DNA of 64,000 bases from Candidatus Omnitrophota bacterium (GCA_963805065.1 CAWDSS010000010.1:211696-275695); one strand, 5' to 3'. Positions 26,560 through 35,010 are shown, counted from the first letter of the stretch. Made by a program: numbers and translations. The notes: generated from the letters alone by a model not told the origin.

Positions 26560-28590
26560 ATGCAAGATGAAAAGATTAATGAATTAGTCGAACAGTATCA
26601 TAAAGCTTTACCTGAACGAATCCGCACCTATCTTAACCAGCGCTGTCTTCCTAACGAAATCATCAATAAATTCAAGATCGGCTGGACCGACTCAGCAATC
26701 AGCATACCTATTTATAATAAAGATAATCAATATACCTTCTTCAAATTCCGCAAGGACCCTTTTTCGGATTCAAGTAAGCCAAAATACTTATTTACTAAAG
26801 GAGCTGAAGCTGACCTCTATGGCTGGGAGAATATAACTAATCCGGGGCCTTTCTTGGTAATCTGCGAAGGTGAATTTGACCGCTTAGTCCTTGAAGCTAG
26901 AGGTATTCCGGCAATAACCTCTACAGCTGGGGTAGGGACCTTTAAAGATGAATGGATTGTTTGTTTAAAAGATATCTCTAATCTCTATATCTGCTTTGAT
27001 AGGGATGAAACAAGCATGGCTGCTGCTCAAAATATGATTGAAAAATTGCCACATGCCAAATATGTTTCTTTATCAAAACTGCCTCAAGGCAAAAAAGATA
27101 TTACGGATTTCTTTGTTGCAGGAAATACTACAGCTGATTTTAACCGGCTCTTAAGAGAAGCTAAAAGCCTTGATGAATTCCATTTCTGCTTTAACGCGCT
27201 AGGCTCAAACGAAGTTAATTTTCTTCACCCCTCACAGGACTTCTTGGGCAATACTGCTTATTTTACTATTCCCTTTACCGAGTACACCAAAGACGCAAAA
27301 AATCCCTTTAAGCAGCTCTATTATGTACTAACCAGCGAAAGAAAGCTCTTGAAGCTAGAAGACAAAGCCGAATTCTACAATAAATACGGCAAAGTCATTA
27401 AAGAGCTGCCCTTTATAAGGAATCCCGAGCCTCGCTGGCAGGCTGAGGCAATAAAAGAATTTATCTTTAACGGCTATACTCCCACGCCTTATAGGGTTCA
27501 TGCTGAAATAGAACGCATCTATTACAAGTATTCTGAAATAAAAGACCCTGGCTGGTATTTAGTGCTTCCTCTTTGGGTTATCGGCACCTACCTTTACTAC
27601 CTTTTTGAAACTTACCCATATCTAGCTTTTGAAGGCTTAAAGAACACCGGAAAATCCAAAACTGCCCGGCTTACCACACGTATGTCCTTTAACGGCATCT
27701 TCTCGGTAAATGCCTCAGAAGCTACTCTCTACAGAGATATTGAGAACTTAAGGCCTACCTTTGGTATAGATGAGGCTGAGATCTTAAAAGACCCGGAAAA
27801 ATCCAAGTCTATCCGCGCAATCCTAAATGCCGGCCACTTTAAAGGCGCCTGCGTCTTAAGGCAGGAGAAAACCCCTAAGGGAGAGTTTTACACCCGTAAA
27901 TACAGCGTATACTCACCTAAACTTATTGCTAACACCAAAGGCCTGGAAGATACCCTGGAAAGTCGGACCATTAAGATAATCATGCTTCGGGCCAAGACCG
28001 AGAAAGGCCTTCTTCTTGACACGGAAACCTCTGAAAACTGGAACTATATTCGGCACCTCTGTTATACATTCGCCCTCTGCTTCTTTAAGGAAATAAGGAA
28101 TATTTACCTGAATGATCCTCAGGTAAAAATCGCTAACAATAGATTTAACGACCTCTGGTGTCCTCTCCTCTCAATAGCCAGGTTTATCTTTCTTAACCAC
28201 GATCAGGATAAATTTAAGCAGATTAAGGATTTTGCCCTTGAACAGATAGGCTTTTCCCAAGATGACAGCCTGGATGACCGCACAAGTGCCTTTCTTAAGG
28301 CTTTAAAAGACTTAACTTTAGCTACCGATACTGCCAGCTCAAGTGAGCAGATAAAGAAGGCAATGCAGCCCTATTTAGAGGATGAAGATTTCCTGGGAAT
28401 AACTGGCAAATGGATCGGCTGGAAGATGCGCTCTTTTGGCTTAAATAAAGATAAACATAGAATAAATAAAGGGTACCTCTATCATCTCTCTAAGAAGGAT
28501 ATAGATGACGTCTTAGGAAGGTATCTTGAGCCAGACTATCTACCTCAAGAAAAAACTACATCAACTACACAAACTACACCAACTGCATAG
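26560..28590 (+). CDS. Toprim-domain primase fused to a C-terminal P-loop-like replication domain
   Basis: Toprim motifs VICEGEFD and FDRDETS. Later GLKNTGKSKT is Walker A-like. 676 aa. Confidence 0.7.
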   Translation: MQDEKINELVEQYHKALPERIRTYLNQRCLPNEIINKFKIGWTDSAISIPIYNKDNQYTFFKFRKDPFSDSSKPKYLFTKGAEADLYGWENITNPGPFLVICEGEFDRLVLEARGIPAITSTAGVGTFKDEWIVCLKDISNLYICFDRDETSMAAAQNMIEKLPHAKYVSLSKLPQGKKDITDFFVAGNTTADFNRLLREAKSLDEFHFCFNALGSNEVNFLHPSQDFLGNTAYFTIPFTEYTKDAKNPFKQLYYVLTSERKLLKLEDKAEFYNKYGKVIKELPFIRNPEPRWQAEAIKEFIFNGYTPTPYRVHAEIERIYYKYSEIKDPGWYLVLPLWVIGTYLYYLFETYPYLAFEGLKNTGKSKTARLTTRMSFNGIFSVNASEATLYRDIENLRPTFGIDEAEILKDPEKSKSIRAILNAGHFKGACVLRQEKTPKGEFYTRKYSVYSPKLIANTKGLEDTLESRTIKIIMLRAKTEKGLLLDTETSENWNYIRHLCYTFALCFFKEIRNIYLNDPQVKIANNRFNDLWCPLLSIARFIFLNHDQDKFKQIKDFALEQIGFSQDDSLDDRTSAFLKALKDLTLATDTASSSEQIKKAMQPYLEDEDFLGITGKWIGWKMRSFGLNKDKHRINKGYLYHLSKKDIDDVLGRYLEPDYLPQEKTTSTTQTTPTA

Positions 28591-28672
28591 GTGTAGTTTT
28601 AGTGTAGTTTTTGTGCAGTTTTTAAAAGAGCTTTGTGCTTAAAGTGTAGTTAATGCAGTTTATGCAGTTTTT
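28563..28672. repeat. iteron cluster (candidate replication origin)
   Basis: About nine copies of GTGYAGTT/TGCAGTT. Three are inverted (AACTACAC, AACTACAC, AACTGCA) inside the end of the primase ORF and six are direct after its stop. An AT-rich stretch follows, with AAATTAATTC repeated twice around 28727-28750. Confidence 0.6.
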
Positions 28673-28831
28673 AAGGGAGGCTGACGGGGATTTAGAATAG
28701 CAAGACTCGAAAATGGTAAAATTAATTCACAAATTAATTCTCAAGGATTTAAAAGGTCAATGCACATTATCGCTGGTTACGGATGCTAATTATTTTGCGC
28801 ATTATTTTTTAACGATGTTCTTTTATTACAA

Positions 28832-28962
28832 ACGGTTAAGTTAATGGCTTGCGGTAAGCCTTCAGGCAGTTTTTCCAACAACCCTGCCGAAGGCTACCGC
28901 ATACCTTACCCAACAAAAAATCACCCAAAACCCTAAAGCCAAAAGAAAGGACACAGCCTTAT
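28832..28962. repeat. right copy of the 131-bp inverted repeat
   Basis: See 22319-22449. The outer end includes the AT of the ATG of ORF 28961. Confidence 0.85.
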
Positions 28963-29728
28963 GAGCAAAGGAAGAATTACCAGAAAAGAGCAGGAATATA
29001 GGATTAGCGCATTGCTTAGGTTTATCTTTATTTTTAGGTTTGCTACCAGAGAGCAGCTTTATGAGTTTAGTCAAAAGAGACTTGGATTAACCTATCCGCG
29101 CTGGCTAGTTGATTACTCCACGAAACGAAACTTTATTACCTCATACCAAGAGTCAAACTTAGGGCTTAAGGTCTATTATTTAACCCAGAGAGGCCAGGGT
29201 TTTATCCACAGATACGAGCCTTTTAGCAACCGCTATTATTTCAACCACAGGCATACGGGTTTTAATACCTTTGAGCACCAAAAAGCCGTAATTGAAAGCT
29301 ACTATATCCTTTATGAGCAATCCGCTATAAAAGAATGGGCTCCAGAGTGGGTTATCAGGAAAAAATTCAGGCTGAAATCCAAGATTCCTGATGCCTTAAT
29401 AGTCTTAAATTCTGGCATGAAAATAGCCCTTGAAGTTGAAACGTGGTATAAACAGCGGGGCGAGTGGAAAGTCGTAGTCTATAAATACAAGCATGAAATG
29501 CCCAGATATGATGCTGTTTTAATCATAGCTTATTCCAGCTCTAATTATGAAGGCATCCGGGATAGGCTATTCTATATCCTGCCAGAATTCTCTGTAAAAC
29601 TATTTATTATTACGGATTTGGCTTTACTTAAACAGGGCCAGTGCTTTTACCACGGCAAACTTAGGCAGTTAGAAGAAGCCCTTAGTCTAATTAGCCAGCA
29701 GTTTAGCGATCAGCAAAGCAAGGGTTAA
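28961..29728 (+). CDS. replication-relaxation family protein (wHTH plus PD-(D/E)xK-like C-terminus)
   Basis: N-terminal RFATREQLYEF...YYLTQRGQGF and C-terminal IPDALIV...IALEVETW. Confidence 0.5.
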   Translation: MSKGRITRKEQEYRISALLRFIFIFRFATREQLYEFSQKRLGLTYPRWLVDYSTKRNFITSYQESNLGLKVYYLTQRGQGFIHRYEPFSNRYYFNHRHTGFNTFEHQKAVIESYYILYEQSAIKEWAPEWVIRKKFRLKSKIPDALIVLNSGMKIALEVETWYKQRGEWKVVVYKYKHEMPRYDAVLIIAYSSSNYEGIRDRLFYILPEFSVKLFIITDLALLKQGQCFYHGKLRQLEEALSLISQQFSDQQSKG

Positions 29729-29754
29729 AATTGGGTATGTACAGAAATATTTCT

Positions 29755-29907
29755 ATGACTCAAAGGTTAGACAGGATTGGTGAATTATTAGCCAAAGGAG
29801 TATTTCTGTATTTGAAGAACGAGCAAGGAAAATCCGCAAAGGAAGAAAATAAAGAAAATGCTGAGGAAGAAAATAAATCAGCAAATTTCAAATCTAAAAT
29901 TGATTGA
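29755..29907 (+). CDS. possible small ORF (50 aa, or 56 aa from 29737), not in the ORF track
   Basis: Hand translation MTQRLDRIGELLAKGVFLYLKNEQGKSAKEENKENAEEENKSANFKSKID. No clear RBS. Confidence 0.2.
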   Translation: MTQRLDRIGELLAKGVFLYLKNEQGKSAKEENKENAEEENKSANFKSKID

Positions 29908-29931
29908 CAAATACATTGGAAGGTGTATATT
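29904..29931 (+). promoter_or_regulatory. promoter of the fic gene
   Basis: TTGACA-16-TATATT, followed by a tandem CTCATATAAT duplication and AAAGGAG before the ATG. Confidence 0.45.
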
Positions 29932-29990
29932 TGGTATATAATCTCATATAATCTCATATAGTTGAAATACGAGTTTAAAAAGGAGCTTTC

Positions 29991-31043
29991 ATGCCCAATG
30001 TCTTTAACCAAAGGTTAGAAAATCTTCCGCCAGAAATCTGGTCAAAAATCACCAAGATAGAAGAATTAAAAGGTCAATGGATTATAGGCGCGCGGTTAAG
30101 CCCCCAGGTATTAGGCCGGCTCAAGAGGTCGGTCTTGGTTACCTCAACCGGAGCTTCCACGCGCATTGAAGGCGCCAGGCTTTCCGATGAAGACATAGAA
30201 AAGCTTATGCGCGGGATTTCAATACACAAATTTGCCGACCGCGACAAGCAGGAAGTAAAAGGATACTATGAGTTGCTGCAGAATGTCTTTGATTCTTGGA
30301 AGCACATCCGTTTTTCCGAAAATACAGTCAAGCATTTCCATAAAGAGCTTCTAAAATACGTCCAAAAAGACAGGCTTCATCGGGGCGAGTATAAGAAAAC
30401 CGAGAATAAAGTCCATATGATTGATGCCGAAGGAAAATCTGTCGCCATTCTTTTTGATACCACGCCGGCATATCTTACGCCTAAAGAGATGCAGGAATTA
30501 GTTGAGGCAGCGCAAAATGCCTTTAAGGAAAATAAATATCCCCCTTTGTTGATCATAGGGAATTTCCTGGTTGAATTCTTGAAGATCCATCCTTTCCAAG
30601 ACGGCAATGGACGCATTTCGCGCATCCTTACGAATTTACTTTTATTGCAGGCCGGTTATCAGTATATGCCTTATGTCTCACACGAAAAATTAATAGAAGA
30701 CAACAAGGCCGACTACTATATGGCTTTAAGAAAAAGCCAGAAAACGTTAAAAACCAAACCCGATATTGTTCCTTGGCTGGATTTTTTTCTCTCAGTGGTT
30801 TATAAACAGTCACAATTGGCAGTTGAGCTATTGTCTAAAGAAAACATTGAAAAATTATTATCGCCGAAACAAATCGCGGTCTGGGAATATTTACAGACTG
30901 TTGCCGAGGCATCACCGAAAGATATCTCGAAGAATGCCAAAGTCGCCCTGCCAACGGTAGCCCAGGCCTTGGATAAGCTAATTCGCCTTAAAAAAGTTGA
31001 GCGCATCGGGCTTGGTAGGAGCACAAGATATAGGAAGATCTAA
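29991..31043 (+). CDS. fic: Fic family protein (AMPylase-type), class II with an internal inhibitory helix and a C-terminal wHTH
   Basis: Active site HPFQDGNGRISR. N-terminal STRIEG fits [ST]xxxE[GN]. Confidence 0.9.
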   Translation: MPNVFNQRLENLPPEIWSKITKIEELKGQWIIGARLSPQVLGRLKRSVLVTSTGASTRIEGARLSDEDIEKLMRGISIHKFADRDKQEVKGYYELLQNVFDSWKHIRFSENTVKHFHKELLKYVQKDRLHRGEYKKTENKVHMIDAEGKSVAILFDTTPAYLTPKEMQELVEAAQNAFKENKYPPLLIIGNFLVEFLKIHPFQDGNGRISRILTNLLLLQAGYQYMPYVSHEKLIEDNKADYYMALRKSQKTLKTKPDIVPWLDFFLSVVYKQSQLAVELLSKENIEKLLSPKQIAVWEYLQTVAEASPKDISKNAKVALPTVAQALDKLIRLKKVERIGLGRSTRYRKI

Positions 31044-31303
31044 GAAAAAATAATTTATGGGAACTACGACATTTTTTCTAAGGCATAATGATTTGACTAA
31101 GCCCTTAAACAAAATGGGCAAGAAAGAATTAGAAAAACTCAGTAATTTTTCACCTTATGTTAAGACGCCTAATTATGCTGGCTGGCAGGTACCATTAGAG
31201 CTTCATAATGGTAATGTATATCTCTTAGTATTTTAGAATGGCAGGTTAATGAAAATCGAAGAGGCGCCCAGGATTCTAAATAAAAAATATTACAGCAGAC
31301 ATC

Positions 31304-31576
31304 GTGGTAAAGAAGTCAACGAGTATGAATGGACTGTTTTTAAAAAATACGTCTTGGCAGAAATACAGAGGCTTGATAAAGAATTTAAGAAATCGTTACG
31401 AAAAAATTAAAGCCAATATTCGTATATACGATTATGTTGATCGGAAAATTTCTGTGTTGGCTGCAATGTATAAAAAGCGATTAATAGCTTATAGGGTTAT
31501 GGGCTACAAGATTAAGGATGATACATCTCCTGTTAGAGAATTAATAGACAACAAGCCATCGCTGGCCGTTTCTTGA
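31304..31576 (+). pseudogene. probable remnant of the C-terminus of an SF2 (SSL2/COG1061-like) helicase
   Basis: Only the last ~55 aa look helicase-like (ANIRIYDYVDRKISVLAAMYKKRLIAYRVMGYKI). The region upstream has overlapping short ORFs in other frames. Confidence 0.25.
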
Positions 31577-31630
31577 GTTATTTAAACCGGCTATTAGCTC
31601 TACAGAAAAGTTCGGGAATCTACCCCTATC

Positions 31631-31788
31631 GGGGAGCCAATCGTAAAAATGCCCATTGTTAAACAGTGGGCATTTTTATTTAGGGCTCCCCCTCGAGGAT
31701 CCCCGAAGTGCCGCAGGCACGAAGGGGATCTTAGTTCAGGGGAGCTTGATTTTCCAACCCTCTGTGATAGAATATATTGCAGAGGGTT
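31631..31788. repeat. 158-bp composite repeat, copy 1: tRNA-end remnant, bidirectional terminator, tRNA-end inverted copy in a hairpin, promoter plus palindrome
   Basis: Near-identical to 33891-34048, with about 8 differences by eye. Confidence 0.85.
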
Positions 31789-31825
31789 ATGTTTTGGAAT
31801 AAACTAATAATAAGGAAATAGGTCT

Positions 31826-32059
31826 ATGGAAATCATAACTGGTATTATTCTTGTGATATTAGGATGCCTTATAATTAAATTTGGCGATAGGCAATTCGGT
31901 AAATACGGCTCTATTTCAAAATGGTTATTTAACCCACCTTGGTATAATGATGGCTACATTAAATTTAGCAAAAAACTAACGAAGTGGGTATTAGGTTGTG
32001 TATTAATCTATTTGGGAATTGTTCTTATTTTCAATAAAATGTCTTGGATTGGTCTATAG
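31826..32059 (+). CDS. small two-TM membrane protein
   Basis: 77 aa. RBS AAGGAAATAGG. Follows repeat copy 1. Confidence 0.45.
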   Translation: MEIITGIILVILGCLIIKFGDRQFGKYGSISKWLFNPPWYNDGYIKFSKKLTKWVLGCVLIYLGIVLIFNKMSWIGL

Positions 32060-32125
32060 TAAGATAAATAGGTTCTAACTAATAACCAGTAGTTCTTGGT
32101 ATAATTTTTCTGCCCCTTCTGACAT

Positions 32126-32202
32126 CAGAAAAGTTCTAAACTCGTCCACGATGGGGAGCTTGTATTTCCAACCCTCTGTGATAGAATATATTGCAGAGGG
32201 TT
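32126..32202. repeat. short version of the repeat module (CAGAAAAGTT...GGGGAGC plus promoter and palindrome)
   Basis: CAGAAAAGTTCTAAACTCGTCCACGATGGGGAGC, then AACCCTCTGTGATAGAATATATTGCAGAGGGTT. Confidence 0.8.
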
Positions 32203-32249
32203 TTTATTGCTGGAAGCAGTGGAGAGGGAGAAAAAGATAGGAGGAGAAA

Positions 32250-32528
32250 ATGGCAATATGTCCTATGTGTAATAAAAAATTTTACCCTTGGGGTTATTGG
32301 TTTTTAAGAGGTATTACTTGGTGTTCTTGTGGAGCACAATTAAGATTGAAGAATTGGATTTTTTGGCAATTCGTTCCTCTTACCCTCGCCCTGGGAAGCA
32401 TATTCGTAATTGTTTGGTTATCCTCTGCGTTTAATGTTTCTTTAAAAATGCTCTCTTTATGTTGGTTATTATTTATTATTGGGTTGTATCTTATGACAGT
32501 TTTATTTGCTAAATTTATAAAATATTAA
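32250..32528 (+). CDS. small membrane protein with an N-terminal zinc-ribbon-like CxxC...CxC
   Basis: CPMCNKKF...CSCG followed by two TM helices. RBS AGGAGGAG. Confidence 0.5.
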   Translation: MAICPMCNKKFYPWGYWFLRGITWCSCGAQLRLKNWIFWQFVPLTLALGSIFVIVWLSSAFNVSLKMLSLCWLLFIIGLYLMTVLFAKFIKY

Positions 32529-32618
32529 AATACTATATGGTACCCAATCGCTCTTATTTTTGTTATGGCTATTTATTTTCTTGCACGCCCTCAAAATAAA
32601 GGAGCAGTTTAAGTAACA

Positions 32619-32815
32619 GCGCTAATTTAGCTAAATTAGCGCAAATTCCTTTGCAAGGTCATAAAAGAGATTAGCCTCCGCACTCATCAAAAAGTTATTA
32701 AACTCGTCCAATAGGGGGAGTAAATTCTTTTTTCAGGGCTGAACTTAAAACGTTACAGCCCTTTTTGTTTGCTTGTAATTTTATGATTTGTGATAGAATA
32801 TATTGAGGAGGGTTT
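32619..32815. repeat. repeat module, copy 3: 24-nt perfect palindrome, att-like remnant, terminator, degenerate promoter and palindrome
   Basis: GCGCTAATTTAGCTAAATTAGCGC lies at 32619-32642. 32643-32720 resembles 33817-33897. The TGATAGAATATATTG core lies at 32791-32805. Confidence 0.75.
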
Positions 32816-32919
32816 GTTACTATATTAACAATCTGTCACTAAAGAGCGGCGGCGGGGTCAAAATAGTTCTAATTTTTGCGATATTTACAGGTTAAGGACT
32901 AAATCTACGGGGTATAAAA

Positions 32920-33699
32920 ATGGCGAATCAAATTTCGCTCTCAGCAATATTGCTCGTTAAAAATGAAGAGGCAAAGATTGAGGAATGTCTTAAATCTATT
33001 TATGGATGGGCTGATGAGATTATTTTGGTAGATGATTTTAGTAGTGATAAAACAGTTAAAATTACTGAGCGATATACCGATAAAATCTTCCAGAGGAAAA
33101 TGGATAAGTATGGTACACAGGCTAACTGGGCATTTACTAAGACGAAAAATGACTGGATATTATCTTTGGATGGTCATGAAATTGTAACTGAGGAATTAAA
33201 AAAAGAGATAGCTATTATCTTACCTACAGATACCGAGCATGTCGCTTTTGATATACCCATACGAAATTACATCGGTAACTACTGGGTAAGATATGGCGGT
33301 TGGTATCCTGGTTCAAAGGTTAGACTTTTCAGAAAAGATAAATTCAAATATGAAGAAGCAGAAGTTCATCCACGTGTATTTATTAACGGGAAGTGTGGTC
33401 ATCTACACGGGGATATTATCCATAAAGGATACCTTGACATTGAAAACTTCGTGAGTACCGTAAATCGCCAGTCTACTTTAGAAGCAATCAAGTGGATAAA
33501 TACTGACAGAAAAATGACTTTGGTGCATATTATTTGGCGTACAGTTGACCGATTTTTTCGCAGATTCCTGCGTAAGAAAGCCTATAAGGATGGAATATAC
33601 GGGTTCGTTATTGCCTATTGCGACAGTCTCTATCAGGTTCTAAGTTATATCAAATATCTAGAGATGAAGAATAAGAGGAACACATCGACCTCAGAGTAA
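32920..33699 (+). CDS. family 2 glycosyltransferase
   Basis: SAILLVKNEE...EIILVDDFSSDKT is a typical GT2 N-terminus. DGHE may be the DxD-like site. Confidence 0.8.
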   Translation: MANQISLSAILLVKNEEAKIEECLKSIYGWADEIILVDDFSSDKTVKITERYTDKIFQRKMDKYGTQANWAFTKTKNDWILSLDGHEIVTEELKKEIAIILPTDTEHVAFDIPIRNYIGNYWVRYGGWYPGSKVRLFRKDKFKYEEAEVHPRVFINGKCGHLHGDIIHKGYLDIENFVSTVNRQSTLEAIKWINTDRKMTLVHIIWRTVDRFFRRFLRKKAYKDGIYGFVIAYCDSLYQVLSYIKYLEMKNKRNTSTSE

Positions 33700-33890
33700 A
33701 GTAACAATTTAAGTAATCACAGTAAATTCTTGATACAGCTTTTCCGCTTTCCCTGAAGCCAGAAAAGTTATAACCTCTTCCAATAGTACAAATTAGCGTA
33801 AATTTAGTTAAATTAGCGCAAATTCCTTTGAAAGGTCATAAAATAGAGTAGCTTCTGTGCTCAGTAAGAAGTTATTAAACTCGTCCAATA

Positions 33891-34048
33891 GGGGAGCCAA
33901 TCGTAAAAATGCCCATTGTTAAACAGTGGGCATTTTTATTTAGGGCTCCCCCTCGAGGATCCCCGAAGTGCCGAAGGCACGAAGGGGATCTTAGTTCAGG
34001 GGAGTTTGACTTCCTAACCCTCTGTGATAGAATATATTGCAGAGGGTT
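33891..34048. repeat. 158-bp composite repeat, copy 2
   Basis: See 31631-31788. Its promoter reads TTGACT-16-TAGAAT with TG at the extended -10 position. Confidence 0.85.
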
Positions 34049-34109
34049 TTTGTTACCATTTTGAGATGTAAGTGGTATAATTAGCGGAAAAGAAGGAGGT
34101 GAATCTAAG

Positions 34110-34451
34110 ATGAAAAAATTGTTAGCGGTTATTTTAATGAGCTTATTTTTGATTTCGGGGTTATTGCTAATGCCTTATGTCTTTGCTCAGAGTTCTCCCC
34201 AAACAATAAGTTCAGGAAATGCTCCAGCTGCGGGCCCAACAATCTCTACACCTATGGTGCAAAAAGCTGAACATCGTGAACGTAATGAACGACATCCGGC
34301 TATCCATGCAGCCATAAGGAAATTAAGGGCAGCCAAGGAAGATTTAGAGAAAGCAGCTCATGATTATGGTGGACATAGGAGCAAAGCTATTCAAGCGATT
34401 GACGTAGCTTTAAAAGAATTGGAAGAAGCATTGCGATTTGATAAGAAATAA
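34110..34451 (+). CDS. small secreted protein
   Basis: Signal peptide LLLMPYVFAQ and a helical His/Lys-rich mature part. RBS GAAGGAGG. Confidence 0.55.
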   Translation: MKKLLAVILMSLFLISGLLLMPYVFAQSSPQTISSGNAPAAGPTISTPMVQKAEHRERNERHPAIHAAIRKLRAAKEDLEKAAHDYGGHRSKAIQAIDVALKELEEALRFDKK

Positions 34452-34589
34452 TAAATCTGGTGACAACAATCACAGGGGCTGGACTTAACTGTTCAGCCCT
34501 TTTTGTTTTTTGCTCACTAAATTGCTTACAATTTTGGAATGGTAGTGGTATAATTAAAGATAATAGGATTATAGTAAAAGGAGACAATC

Positions 34590-34973
34590 ATGAAACTCAA
34601 TGGTATTCTTTTAGCAATAGCATTGGTAATGTTATTAGCCGGGCCATTACAAAGAACATATGCGAAGGATACAACTCAAGGAGGCAGCAATATAATTCAG
34701 GATAAAAATGATATTACAAAAGATGCAGCGGCTCTTCAAAATGATGTAATAGATCACAAGGAAGATAATGCAGATATTAAGCATGACCGCCAAGCGTTAA
34801 GAGATGCGATGCAGTCTAAAAATCAAGATAAAATACAGCGGGCAAGAGATAAATTACACAAGGACCTTATAAGTGCGGAGAAGGAAAAAAAGGCCAAAAC
34901 AAAAAAGCCCCGTGCTTTTAAATTCAAGAAACATCATGGCAACTCTGTACCTAAACCAGGGGTGTTAGATTAG
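34590..34973 (+). CDS. small secreted protein, Lys/Asp-rich
   Basis: Signal peptide LAGPLQRTYA. RBS AAAGGAG. Confidence 0.55.
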   Translation: MKLNGILLAIALVMLLAGPLQRTYAKDTTQGGSNIIQDKNDITKDAAALQNDVIDHKEDNADIKHDRQALRDAMQSKNQDKIQRARDKLHKDLISAEKEKKAKTKKPRAFKFKKHHGNSVPKPGVLD

Positions 34974-35010
34974 TTTAACCAAGAGGCGCCAAATAACAGG
35001 AGGGAAAAAA

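Larger units (their letters stand above)
20560..33901. mobile_element. integrated mobile region at the tRNA-Asn 3' exon; the outer boundary is tentative and it may be two or more tandem accretions
   Basis: The recombinase ORF overlaps the tRNA 3' exon. Plasmid/phage-type replication genes are present. Direct copies of GGGGAGCCAAT (the tRNA 3' end) lie at 31631 and 33891. Confidence 0.55.

Noticed and set aside
28563-28672. Possible CRISPR array
   Set aside because: The repeats are only 7-11 nt and contiguous, with no spacers. They are partly inverted and inside a coding region. Iterons are the better explanation.
29760-30011. 83-aa ORF on the minus strand between the replication-relaxation and fic genes
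   Set aside because: It runs antisense through the fic promoter and RBS and has a low-complexity translation. A short plus-strand ORF (29755-29907) is slightly more plausible but also weak.
31684-31745. Possible minus-strand tRNA or tRNA fragment gene
   Set aside because: Only the T-stem and acceptor 3' strand are shared with tRNA-Asn. There is no D arm, anticodon arm or T loop. It is reported instead as a hairpin carrying an att-like remnant.
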